Shown one piece after another: positions 52,648-63,254 of a DNA stretch of 64,000 nucleotides; within the stretch, counting starts at the first letter, position 1; each line of letters starts with the position of its first letter. A model generated the notes under the pieces. It did no database searches and was not told where the DNA came from. It saw only the letters and a program-made list of their open reading frames with translations. Position numbers and translations under genes: made by a program. This DNA is from an uncultured Planctomycetota bacterium (GTDB taxonomy: Bacteria; Planctomycetota; Planctomycetia; Isosphaerales; Isosphaeraceae), in the NCBI GenBank assembly GCA_963823665.1, contig CAWGMQ010000006.1, positions 256,001 through 320,000 on the forward strand, given 5' to 3'.

Positions 52648-52890
52648 ATGCCGAAATCGAAAACGCCGACGCGACCCGGTACCACCCTCGTCCTGAAGGG
52701 GCATACGGGCGCAGTGTGGGGCGTGGCGGTGACGCCGGACGGCACTCGGGCCGTCTCGGGGTCGCAGGACGCGACGCTCCGCGTCTGGGATCTCGCGACC
52801 GGACAGTCCCTCGTCTCCTTTGAGGGACACACGAACGGAGTGACTGGCGTCGTGGTGACGCCGGGCGGCACTCGGGCCGTCTTGAGCCGC
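52648..52890 (+). pseudogene. Truncated WD40-repeat gene fragment
   Basis: LKGHTGAVWGVAVTPDGTRAVSGSQDATLRVWD then EGHTNGVTGVVVTPGGTRAVLS; breaks off after ~1.5 repeats. Confidence 0.65.
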
Positions 52891-52915
52891 ATGCGTTTCA
52901 CATGCACGACACCAC

Positions 52916-53241
52916 TCAAAGAGCCATTGCGGTCCCGAGACTCGCCCGGACAGCCAGCCAGTCCTGGTCGGAGAGATGGCCCGCGACCTGGTATATGGCG
53001 GTCCTCGGCACGGTCACAACGAAGTTGCGAAACAGCGACGGAACCCGCAATCCGGCGGCGGCCCACTCCGCGAGCGCGTAATGGGTCGCGCCCGTCGGAC
53101 CAGCGATCTGGCTGGTGATAAGACCGAGGATCGCGTCAGGCCGGGTTGAGTGGTATGCGTCAGAAGACACAACTACTGCGGGCCTGCACTTGATACCGGT
53201 CACGCCGGGGAAATCGACGAGACGTCACCTGGTTTCAGCAA
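52916..53241 (-). CDS. PemK/MazF family toxin; frameshift near 53220
   Basis: MLKPGDV..VDFPGVTGIKCRPAVVVSS..Y....PD.I.GLITSQ..W..AGL..PS. Confidence 0.8.
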
Positions 53242-53443
53242 GGTTTTCTCCCTCGGTGCATTCCGCTGCGAATAGCCGCGCGGAATAGGCGGTAACATCC
53301 CGCGTGTCTTCTTCATCCCAGGAGTCGCGGATGTCCACGACGCTCTGCGGTGCGATTTCGTTGAGTATGAGCGTGGCCAACCGAAACCGCTCTGACGGCG
53401 GCAACGGTTTGATGGATTCTTGGTAAAGCTGTTCGATCGTCAC
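53225..53443 (-). CDS. Putative antitoxin of the PemK/MazF toxin
   Basis: IEQLY...IKPLPPSERFRLATLIL..I..acidic tail; overlaps the toxin start. Confidence 0.65.
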   Translation of the reverse strand: MTIEQLYQESIKPLPPSERFRLATLILNEIAPQSVVDIRDSWDEEDTRDVTAYSARLFAAECTEGENLAETR

Positions 53444-53610
53444 TTTAGTCGGTCTCGTCAGGAACGGAGGCGTTCGATGAAGTTCCTCCATTCACAGTAT
53501 TCTAGCGAATGAGCCTCCTCGAGCCAATCAGCGCCGTCCTCGCATGGCAACGTATCGAGGCTACTTGCTGTTGCTTGCCTGGTTTTGGCTGTGGACATTG
53601 CGTCATTCGC

Positions 53611-56600
53611 TCATCGCTTCTGGGCTCCTTCTTCCGGAGCAGACTTGATCGCCTCCAGTTCCTTTCGCCATTTCGCGACATCGTCTTTCTTGTTCGTCGC
53701 CTCATACAGTTGCACCAGCCGCTCGCCTGCCTCGATCAGGCGGGGTTTGCTGCGCGGCGGGATCGTCTTCTCACGCTGCTTCATGCCCTCGTAGGCTTGC
53801 AGCAGCAAGGGTTCGGCGTCCGTGTATTTCTGCTGACCGAGCAGAGCGCCGCCGAGCAGGGACCTGGTGTTGAATGTGGCCCAGTCGTCGGACTGCGTTT
53901 TTTCGCGGATCGCCAAGGATTCGCGGAGGGGGGGCTCGGCATCGACCGGCTTGTGCCGCCTGAGGAGGTTCGAGCCCAGCGATTCGAGGTCACCGGCGAG
54001 GATGGGGCTATCGGGACCGACCGTGTCGTGGCGTCTGGCCACGATCTCACGCCAGAGGGGCTCGGCGCGATCCCATCTGCTGAGGGATTCGTGGGCCGTG
54101 GCCAGCGTCGCTGAGGTCTTGAGCGTGGCGGCGTGACGCGGTCCGGAAACTTTGCGCAGGGTCGGGAGCACCTCCTCGAGGATGGCGACCGCCTCGGCTA
54201 TCAGGCCGGTGTCGTGGTAGGCGGCGGCGAGGTTGCTGCGGACGGTGAGCGTCGAGGGGTGTTTGGGGCCTAGCTTCGCGTTCATCGAATTGAGCGTCGC
54301 CTCGAGCAGCGCAATAGCCTCGGCGGTGCGGCCGGCTTCGCCGAAGGCGACGGCCAGGTAGCCGCGGTTGTTGAGCGTGATGGGATTGTCGGACCCGAGG
54401 GATGACTCCATCTGCTTGACGACGGTTTCGTCAAGCGCGATCGCATCGCTGGTGCGACCGGCGGCGCGGTAGGCGCCGGCGAGGTTGCTGCGGACGATGA
54501 GCGTGTTGGGGTGGTTGGGACCGAGCACCGACTGCACGTTCTTCACCAGCGCCTCGTTGATGGCGATCGCTTCGGCCGTGCGTCCGGCGGCGCGGTAGGC
54601 CGTGGCGAGGTTGTTGCGGGCGGCGAGCGTTGCGGGATTGTTGGGGCCCAGCGCGGATTCATTCTGTTTCGCCGCCGTCTCGAGCAGTGGGATCGACTCG
54701 GCCGTGCGTCCCGCGTCCTGGTAAGCGGCCAGGAGGTTGCTGCGGAGAGTCAGCGTGGTGGGATGGCCGGGACCGCGCCTGGCCTCGGCCAGCTTGAACG
54801 CTGCCTCGAACACGGGAATCGCGTCGGCCGGGCGGCCGGCGGCCATGTATGCGGCGGCCAGGCTATCGCGGGCTGTGAGTGTTTCGGGATCATCCGGTCC
54901 CAGCAGCCGCATCAGGCCCTCGGCTCCGGACCGCGCCAGCTCGAGCGTCTCGTCATCGACGCGGCCGCGATGCCGGAGGACATGGGCCAGTCGAACCTGG
55001 GCCTGGTACAACGAGGCTGGGTCGGCATCTGGCCGCCGCGCCAGGTCGAGCGTCGCCCGGAATTCTCGTTCGGCCTTCTCCCACGACGCCAGGCCGTGGA
55101 ATGACTCGGCGAGCGCCTGGCGCACGGCCGCCTCCACCGCCGGCTTGCCGGCGAACCGGCCGCCGACCTTCGGGGCTGCACGATCGAGAACGTCGAGCAA
55201 GGTCACGCGGTCCTCGACCGCGTTGTTGGACGGCTCGGCCTGGGTGAGCAAATCATTTGTGAGGAAATCGTTGATGGCCCGGGCCTTGTCGGCTTCGGCG
55301 CGGGCCTGGCGCTGGGCATTCACAGCGCGGTCGCGGTCGGCGCGAGCCTGCTCTTCGGCGAGCAATGCCCGGCGGGCCTCGGACGTCGCATTGCCGGCCT
55401 CCGTCTTGGCGCGCGCCTCGGCCTTGATCGCGCGGAACGCCTGCCAGGTGCTCACGGCTGTGGCGAGCGCGAGCAGCAAGGCGAAACCGGCCGCCGTGGC
55501 CAGAGCCGCAGCGTGCTTCCAGGCGAATTTCCGCAGGCGATAGGATGCGCTCGGCGGGCGGGCCTCGACGGTGTTTCCTTCGAGGTAGCGCTCGATGTCT
55601 CTGGCCAGGCCGCTGGCAGTTTCGTACCGGCGCTCACGCTCTTTCTCCAGGCACTTCATCACCACCCAGTCCAGATCACCTCGCAGCATTCCCATCAGCT
55701 TGCGTGGCTCGGTCTGGCGCAGGGCTGCCAGCGAGGGTAGTGAGTCGTCCGCTGAAAGACGCGTGCTCGGCTTCGACGGCTCTTCCTCGCGGATGATCCG
55801 GATCATCTCGGTGATCGCCGCCTTCTTGAGTCGTTTTGCGTCGATCGGCCGCAGCCCGGTCAACAGCTCATAGAGAATTACTCCCAGCGAATAGATGTCG
55901 GCTCGTGTGTCAATATCCACGCCCGAGAATCCAGCCTGCTCCGGCGACATGTATTCCAGAGTGCCGATGATCGAGCCGAACTGCGTGGACATCGATTCGT
56001 CGGTGATCTTTCCGGCCGTCGCCTTGGCTACACCAAAATCGATGACCTTGGGCACGGGGCGGCCATCGAAGGTTGTCACGAGAATATTGGCCGGCTTCAG
56101 GTCGCGGTGCACGATGCCCTTCTGATGCGCGTGCTGCACTGCGTGGCAGATCGGAACGAACAGCTCGAGGCGCTCCCCGGGCGTGAGCATCGCCTCGTCG
56201 CAGAACATCGTGAGCGGAACGCCGCTCACCAACTCCATGACGAAGAAGGGCTGGCCGGCGGGCGTCATGCCGCCGTCGAGGACCCGCGCAATGTTGGGGT
56301 GATCCATCATGGCCAGCGCCTGCCGCTCTTGCTCGAAGCGCTGGAGCACAGCTCGGGAATCCATGCCGGGCTTGATGAGCTTGAGCGCGACCTTACGCTT
56401 GACGGGCTCGGTCTGGTTGGCGAGCCACACCTCGCCCATGCCGCCTTCCGCGATCATTTCTTCCAGTGTATAACGGCCGGCGATCACCGCGCCGGCTGCG
56501 AGCATGCCGCCGTGCTCAGTCGCGGGGGTCGCCGCGGCCGCGGCGCTCGTGTGCTTTGCCCCTGCGGGGGCGGGTGTGAACTCTCCGGTTGCGTCGCCGC

Positions 56601-56802
56601 GCCGAGCTGCTGGAGCGGAATCGACGGTTGCTTCCGTGCCGGCGAGTGGTTTACCCAGGAGGTCTGACGTGTCATGCGCGGCAAGGAGGGCTTCGACGGC
56701 GGCGCGAAGCTCCGGCTGGCCGGCGCATGCGGTATCGAGGAACGCGGCGCGCTCGGCGGGTGGTCTCGAGAGTGCTTCGTGAAAGAGCGTCTCTTCGGTC
56801 AT
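53611..56802 (-). CDS. Ser/Thr protein kinase with TM and TPR repeats
   Basis: ERAAFLD.AC..ELRAAVEALL N-terminus; EGGMGEVW, VALKLIK, HRDLKPAN, VIDFGVAK, GTLEYMSPEQ; LGP.HP.TL..R.NLA.AY...GR..EAI TPR repeats. Confidence 0.93.
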   Translation of the reverse strand: MTEETLFHEALSRPPAERAAFLDTACAGQPELRAAVEALLAAHDTSDLLGKPLAGTEATVDSAPAARRGDATGEFTPAPAGAKHTSAAAAATPATEHGGMLAAGAVIAGRYTLEEMIAEGGMGEVWLANQTEPVKRKVALKLIKPGMDSRAVLQRFEQERQALAMMDHPNIARVLDGGMTPAGQPFFVMELVSGVPLTMFCDEAMLTPGERLELFVPICHAVQHAHQKGIVHRDLKPANILVTTFDGRPVPKVIDFGVAKATAGKITDESMSTQFGSIIGTLEYMSPEQAGFSGVDIDTRADIYSLGVILYELLTGLRPIDAKRLKKAAITEMIRIIREEEPSKPSTRLSADDSLPSLAALRQTEPRKLMGMLRGDLDWVVMKCLEKERERRYETASGLARDIERYLEGNTVEARPPSASYRLRKFAWKHAAALATAAGFALLLALATAVSTWQAFRAIKAEARAKTEAGNATSEARRALLAEEQARADRDRAVNAQRQARAEADKARAINDFLTNDLLTQAEPSNNAVEDRVTLLDVLDRAAPKVGGRFAGKPAVEAAVRQALAESFHGLASWEKAEREFRATLDLARRPDADPASLYQAQVRLAHVLRHRGRVDDETLELARSGAEGLMRLLGPDDPETLTARDSLAAAYMAAGRPADAIPVFEAAFKLAEARRGPGHPTTLTLRSNLLAAYQDAGRTAESIPLLETAAKQNESALGPNNPATLAARNNLATAYRAAGRTAEAIAINEALVKNVQSVLGPNHPNTLIVRSNLAGAYRAAGRTSDAIALDETVVKQMESSLGSDNPITLNNRGYLAVAFGEAGRTAEAIALLEATLNSMNAKLGPKHPSTLTVRSNLAAAYHDTGLIAEAVAILEEVLPTLRKVSGPRHAATLKTSATLATAHESLSRWDRAEPLWREIVARRHDTVGPDSPILAGDLESLGSNLLRRHKPVDAEPPLRESLAIREKTQSDDWATFNTRSLLGGALLGQQKYTDAEPLLLQAYEGMKQREKTIPPRSKPRLIEAGERLVQLYEATNKKDDVAKWRKELEAIKSAPEEGAQKR

Positions 56803-57068
56803 GGTGGGGCCCTTCTGATCCGGCTCCGCTCGATCGCCGAGAGGATCTGGGTGACTTCATTCATCGTTGGTCAGCTTCCAGGCGCTGGCTGCGCCTTCGG
56901 TCTGCGAAGAGGCGCCGTTGTCACGCCACGCCAGTGTAACCGGGCTTCCCCGGGCGAGAAAAGCAGTCGAACCGTGTCCCCTGCGGCGGGGCTCTCTCGC
57001 TAATCCCCGTATCAGCGACGCGAACGACGTCGCGGGACCTGACCCGGAATCCTTTGAGGAGGCACACC

Positions 57069-57488
57069 ATGTTTGCAAAACAGAACTTTTGTCCCACCGG
57101 TGAAGAGCTTGAATCCCGGAGCTTGCTGAATATCGGAACACCAGTGCTAGGCGCGTTTCTCGGGATAGAAAGTCTACACGAGTCCGAGCACCGCGCGATG
57201 GTGCAGCAACGAGTGCATGCCCGAACACTACCGAAGACTTCTGAGCACTCCTCGACGACCACTGTCACGCCGCCTACATTTTCCCGGCAGATACCCGCCG
57301 GTTTGGAGCTGAATTTCACGCCGATGGTGCATCCACACGCGATCCAGATACGGATGTACACGGCGGCAGATCACGTTACGACTGGGTCGGTTCAACAGCT
57401 CGTGCACACGGGCCAGCAGACGCCCTTGACGCTCACCCCTGCCGCGAGCCTGCCTGCCGGCGTGATCGGGGCATTCAACCGTGGATGA
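57069..57488 (+). CDS. Small hypothetical protein with a planctomycete export-like N-terminal motif
   Basis: GGAGG RBS; F.PTGEELESRSLL motif. Confidence 0.55.
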   Translation: MFAKQNFCPTGEELESRSLLNIGTPVLGAFLGIESLHESEHRAMVQQRVHARTLPKTSEHSSTTTVTPPTFSRQIPAGLELNFTPMVHPHAIQIRMYTAADHVTTGSVQQLVHTGQQTPLTLTPAASLPAGVIGAFNRG

Positions 57489-57594
57489 TCAACCGCACGA
57501 GCGGCATGATCGGGAGAAAAGCGGACGGCACACGGAGTGTGCCTGCTACACCGACAGCCGGGCGCATCCGTTGTGGCGACTGTCGGGCGTGGTT

Positions 57595-59865
57595 TCAATC
57601 GAGGTACAAGAACGCGTTCGTATTCAGGGTCAACAGGCAGTACTGCGTCAGTGCACCTGCGGCGTTCAGCCTGCCGTGGGATGCGAGTTGCTTCACGAAG
57701 GCGACATCGCGCGTCACCTCGAGCTTTTCCGGGTTGCGCGAGGTCGTCAGCTTGAGTGCCAGTCGGACCTGGTCCTCGACGCCCTGGGGTGCCTCACGCA
57801 TCAGGCGCTCGGCGAAGCGGGCGGCTTGCTCGTTCGCGAACGAGCCGTTCAAGAGACCGAGGGCTTGCGTCGGCACAGTTGTCGTGTAGCGCACCGGGCA
57901 ACTGAGATCGGTGTCGGCCGAGTCGTGCGTGGCCAGAATCGGCACCAGGAGCGAGCGCTTCACGTGCACGAAGATGCTGCGCCGGGCCGATTCGAGCGGC
58001 GAGGATACCGGCCAGCCCTGTCCGGGCACGGATTGGCCGGCCATCACCTCGGCTGGAATCGGGGGATAGACCGGCGGGCCGCCGGCTTTCAGGTTCAGAA
58101 TGCCGGCGACCAAGAGGATCGAATCGCGAACCTCTTCAGCGGTGAGGCGGCGCATCGGAAATCGCCAGAACCAGCGGTTGGAGGGGTCGCGAGCGAGAGC
58201 GGGCTCGCTTCCCTGCGACGACATCCGATAGACGCTCGAGAGCGCGATCATCCGGTGCATTCGTTTCAGCGTCCAACCGCCGTCCATCAAGTCGGAAGCG
58301 AGCCAGTCGAGCAGCTCGGGATGCGTGGCCGGCTCGCCGAGGCCGCCGAACTCATTGGGTGTGGGCACGATTCCCCGGCCGAAGTGGTGCTGCCAGACCC
58401 GGTTGGCGATGACGCGGGCCGTGCGCGGGTTGCGCGCGTCGGTGAGCCACTCGGCGAGTGCGCCGGCGGCGAGACCGAGGATCATTAACTGCGAACGACG
58501 AGCCGCCCAGGATTTGGGGCACGCCGGGCTCGACGCGGTCGCCGTGGAGCGAGGGATTTCCGCGCAACAGGACGTGGGTCTCGGCCTGGCCGCGCTCGGC
58601 GACCGACATCACCTCAATCGGCGATCCGTCGGCCGCCTTCACCTTCTTCAAGTCCTTGCCGTTCGAATGGGTGACGTTGTGAAAGACGGCGAGCAGGCGA
58701 TAGTAATCGCGCTGAGGAATCGGGTCGACCTTGTGGTCGTGGCAGCGCGCGCAGTTGATCGACATTCCCAGCACGACCTGGGCCGTAGTGGCGAGGACGC
58801 CGTCCAGGCCGTCGTAGCGGGCAAGCTGGCGATCGGCGGGTTCGTCGTCCCAGATGCCGAGGCGATAGAAACCGGTTGCGATCAGCGGACCGGCCGCGCC
58901 GGGAGCGATCTGGTCGCCCGCCAGTTGCTCGCGGACGAACTGGTCGTACGGCTTGTCGTGGTTGAGCGAGGCGATGACGTAGTCGCGATATCGCCAGGCA
59001 AAAGGTTTGGCCGAATCGCGCTCGTAGCCGTTGGTCTCGCCGTAGCGGACCAGGTCGAGCCAGTGGCGGCCCCATTTCTCGCCGTAGTGCGGGCTGGCCA
59101 GAAGGCGATCGGTGAGGCGTTCAAAAGCATCCGGCGCCGGATCGGCGACGAACGCGTCGACCTCTGCCGGCGTGGGGGGAAGACCAGTGAGGTCATATGT
59201 CAGCCGGCGAATCAGTGTTGTTCGATCGGCGGGGGGAGCGGGGGTGAGCCGTTCGGCCTCGAGGCGAACCCGGATGAACGCGTCGACGGGCGTGCGGCAC
59301 CAGGCGTTGTCCTTGACTGGCGGAACTGCTGGGCGGACCAAAGTGCGGAGGGACCAGTCGTCTCGCGGCTTCGGCTTCGCCGGCGTGACGCCGGGCAGGC
59401 GCGCGTTCGACGCTGGGGCGGGGCTATCGTTGGCTGGCGCGAGCCAGCGCTCCAGGGCAAGCCCTCCTTCACCCAGCGCGTGAGGATTTCGATCTCGCGA
59501 GCCGGCAGCTTGCCCGCGGGCGGCATTTCGAGCTCGTCATAGTTGATCGCCTTGACGAGCAGGCTGTGCGAGGGATCTCCGGGCGTGGCGGCTGGGCCGA
59601 GATCACCGCCGCGCAAGATCGCCTCGCGAGTGTCGAGGCGAAACCCACCGCGGATCTTCGGTCCGCCGCCGTGGCATTTGAGGCAATGCTGGGTGAGGAT
59701 CGGCTTGACTTCGGATTCGTAGAGGCGAAGCTGGTCGGAGGTGAATGTCGTGGATGTGCGGCTCTGTTCATCGCCAAGTGCGAGAGAACCGAGGACGACC
59801 AATCCCATGAGGACGGCCGGCGAGGCGATCACGAGGAATATCCCAAGGCCGGCTGAGCCATTCAT
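57595..59865 (-). CDS. PSD1/planctomycete cytochrome c protein (PSCyt1 + DUF1549 + DUF1553); frameshifts near 59400 and 58490
   Basis: CLKCHG and CARCHDHK haem motifs; [68 protein letters not shown]. Confidence 0.9.
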
Positions 59866-59944
59866 TCTCCCGCGAAACGAAAGACAGAACACCATTTCAC
59901 GATTTTAGTTCAACCTAAGATGGAAGACAATCGGTGCAGGAAGT

Positions 59945-60865
59945 CTATGGGCTCGCAGCGCTCAGCTCGTCGGCGATTGCGATACTCGATTTCGTCCGGT
60001 TTCTTGACCAGAACGGCCGGATGATTTGACCGCTCTGGACGGCGCGAACCATCAAGTAGATGGCCACCGAAGTGCAAACGACGACTGCGAAAATCGATGC
60101 CTCCGCCCCGAACTTGCCGCCTGAGAGAGTTTCCGGCCCCGTGAGCGACGACTCGAGGAGTCCGCGAACAGGCCCGCCCGAAACGGGGACGCCGAAGATT
60201 CCGCCCTGGGTGAAGTTCCAGGCGAAGTGCAGCCCGATCGGCAGCCAGAGCCGGCGGGTCGTGATAAAAGCCGCCGCCAGCAGGATTCCGGCTTCCACGG
60301 CGATGCACAGTGCGGCGAACCAGCTCGATTCCGGATTGAGGATATGAGTAAGACCGAAGAAGGCTGCGGAGATCGCCACCGCGAGCCAGGTCCCGAGTGA
60401 TTCCTCGGTGATCCGAAAAATGACGCCGCGGACGATGATCTCCTCCAGGAAGGCCGAAGCGAAGCCTAACTGCATCAGCGTTGCCGCCGACGGGATTCGC
60501 CCGATCCCCTGCACCCGATAGTACCCGCCCACCCAGAGACAGGCGACCGTCGCGGTAAAGAGACCGAAGCCGATCGCGGCGCCCGTCGCAAACTCGCGAA
60601 GTGCGTTTTTCTTCGAGAGCTCCATGATCGGTCGCCGCTCGAAGAGTCGCACATAGCCGGCGTAGACGAGTATACCCGAGACGATGATGATCAAGGTCGA
60701 AAGAACCACGTACCAGGCTTGCCTCGTCAAGCCGTAAGCCTCGCCGATCGTTCGCGCGGCCACGGATTCCCGGAACGCGACGAGCGCGATCGCAAAAACC
60801 GCGATGATTATCCGGGTCAGCGGGAAGAACAAGATTCTCAAGAAGATTCGCGCGAGGAAACTCAT
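59945..60865 (-). CDS. CPBP (Abi/CAAX) family intramembrane glutamic endopeptidase
   Basis: EEIIVRG, FGLTH, LHFAWNF motifs; multiple TM helices. Confidence 0.9.
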   Translation of the reverse strand: MSFLARIFLRILFFPLTRIIIAVFAIALVAFRESVAARTIGEAYGLTRQAWYVVLSTLIIIVSGILVYAGYVRLFERRPIMELSKKNALREFATGAAIGFGLFTATVACLWVGGYYRVQGIGRIPSAATLMQLGFASAFLEEIIVRGVIFRITEESLGTWLAVAISAAFFGLTHILNPESSWFAALCIAVEAGILLAAAFITTRRLWLPIGLHFAWNFTQGGIFGVPVSGGPVRGLLESSLTGPETLSGGKFGAEASIFAVVVCTSVAIYLMVRAVQSGQIIRPFWSRNRTKSSIAIADELSAASP

Positions 60866-60882
60866 TCCGATCGTCTCCTTCG

Positions 60883-63002
60883 TTATTTCTCAATCCCCAC
60901 CTGGCTCATCAGCCAGGCGTATTCGAACGCTGTTTCGCGCAAGCGGTCATACCGGCCGGAGGCGCCTCCGTGGCCGGCGCCCATGTTGCACTTGAGAAGG
61001 AGAGGATTGTTGTCGGTTTTGAGCGACCGGAGCTTGGCCACGTACTTGGCCGGTTCCCAGTACATGACCTGGCTGTCGTTGAGACTCGTCGTCACCAGGA
61101 TTGCTGGGTAGACCTTTTTTTCGAGGTTATCGTACGGGCTGTACGAGCGCATGTACTCGGCGGCGGCCTTCTCATTGGGATTGCCCCATTCGAGATATTC
61201 GCCGACGGTCAGCGGCAGGCTCGAATCCATCATGGTGTTCATCACGTCGACGAACGGCACGGCTGCGTGGACGGCCTTGAACAAGCCGGGCTCGAGGTTG
61301 GTCACGGCGCCCATCAAGCAGCCCACCGGCGCTGCCGCCTTCGATCACCAGTCGGTCGGGGCTCGTCCACTTGTTGGCGATCAGCCATTTCGCGCTGTCG
61401 ATGAAATCAAAAAACGTGTTCTTTTTCTTCATGAGCATGCCGTCGTCGTGCCATGCCTCGCCCATCTCGTTGCCGCCGCGAATGTGGGCGATCACGTAAA
61501 CCATGCCTCGATCCAGGAGACTGAGCCGGTTCGAGTTGAAGCTCGCTTGCATGCCCGCGCCATACGAGCCGTAACCGTAGAGGAAAAGCGGGGCGGAGCC
61601 GTCTCCCTTCATTCCCTTACGAAAGGCGATGGACAGTGGAATCTTCACACCATCGCGCGCGACGGCCCATGCGCGCTCGGTGGCGTAAAGCTCCCGGTCA
61701 AATTGGGGAACTTCCAGACGCTTGCGCAGCACTCGCTCGCGGCTCGCCATGGTGTAGTCGTATACGCTCAGCGGTGTGATCATGCTTTGATAGCTGAAGC
61801 GGAACGTGGGCGAGGTGAAATCGGGTGTCTCGGAGGCGAAAGCCGCGTAGACGCTTTCCGGCAGATTGACGTCATGCCAGAGGCCGGTTTCGAAGTCGAG
61901 CACGCGGAAGTGATTGAGCGCCGCGGATTTTTCGGACGCGACCAGGTTGTTCTTGAATATCTCGATTCGTTCCAGAAGCACATCTGTACGGTGGGCGAGC
62001 AGTTCTTTCCAGTTCTCCGGCGACGGGCTTGCGACCGGTACCGTGACCAGGCGGAAGTTCTTGGCGTCTTTATTGGTGCGCAGGTAGAAGAGTCCGTCGC
62101 GGTGCTCGACGGTGTACTTGTGGCCCTTCTGGCGCGGCAGCACGACTTGAAAGGGCGCGTCCGGCTGATCCCTCATCAGATGGCGAACTTCGTAGGTATC
62201 GGTGCTCGTTGATCGCAGGAAGAGCATCTTTTTATCTTTGCTGGCTCCCAGGTGAATACTGAACAGCTTGTCTTTTTCCTGGTAGATCGGTTCGCTCTCG
62301 TCAGCGAGCGTATGCCGCCAGAGGATGTTGGTCCGCTTGGTGACGGGGTCTTCCGTCGTGTAGAAAAGAGTTCGGTTATCCGCGGCCCATTCCACTGAAG
62401 TGACTCGCTCGACGGAATCCGGCAGCGTGGCTCCGGTGCGGAGGTCTTTGACGTGCAGGCGATACTGGCGGAAGCCGGTGGTATCGACGGTGTAGGCGAG
62501 TAAGTTCGCATCGTCGCTAACTTCGAAGGCGCCCACTGAGAGGAACTTGAGGTCCTTGGCGAGCTCGTTGGCGTCCAAAAGAACTTCCTCGGGGCCATCG
62601 CCGCCGAACGCGCCTCCAGGCGTGGCCTTCTTGCGGCAGCGGATCGGGTATTGTTTTCCTTCCTCGGTGCGCGACGTAGTAGAAGTAGTCACCGAGGCGA
62701 ACCGGGACGTCTTGATCGGTCTGCTTGATGTGGCCGAGCATTTCCTGATAGAGGGTCTCGGCGGAGGGCTTCAGTCCCTTCGTCATGGCCTCGGTGTAGG
62801 CATTCTCGGCTTCGAGGTACTTGACGACGGCGGGGTTGGTTTTCTCTCGGAGCCAGAAGAACGGGTCGTTCACTTTTTCGCCGTGCCAGACGGTGATGTG
62901 CTCGACCTGCGGGGCCGCGGGTGGCTGAGATGGGCTTTGAGGGTGGGCCGTGCTCGAGAAGGCGACGAATGCGGCCATGAAGACACCTGAGTAGAGACGC
63001 AT
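60883..63002 (-). CDS. ptrB: Oligopeptidase B (S9A), with signal peptide; frameshifts near 62675 and 61320
   Basis: DPFFWLR, YLEAEN.YT, YGYGSYG, HIRGG.EMG..W, GGSAGGLL, VPFVDV, EWGNP, DSQV.YWEPAKYVAKLR, AGHGGASGR. Confidence 0.9.
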
Positions 63003-63254
63003 GGAACTTTCCTTTCGCAAAGCCGCAACGGGCAGATCCGAGACCGAGCGTCCTGCAAACGCGGCTCGATTGCGTAGTAGTATTTCCGGTTTTCAGCCGC
63101 CACGCTAGCCGAGTCGTAGAGGTCGGTCTGATGGGCGACCGAATCTGGGTTGAGGATCCCAAGAATTCGCGGCTCCCGCCCGAGGCCCGAAACAGTTTCC
63201 GAATCAATGGGAAAGGCGGCGAGGGTCCGACCGGCATTCTTATCCCGGGTGGGC

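Noticed and set aside
53900..55100. Repetitive DNA in the TPR kinase as a mobile or tandem repeat
   Set aside because: Explained by the ~42-aa TPR protein repeats
378..63002. Programmed ribosomal frameshifting as the cause of the split genes
   Set aside because: Shifts fall in unrelated enzyme genes with no shared slippery motif; sequencing error is simpler
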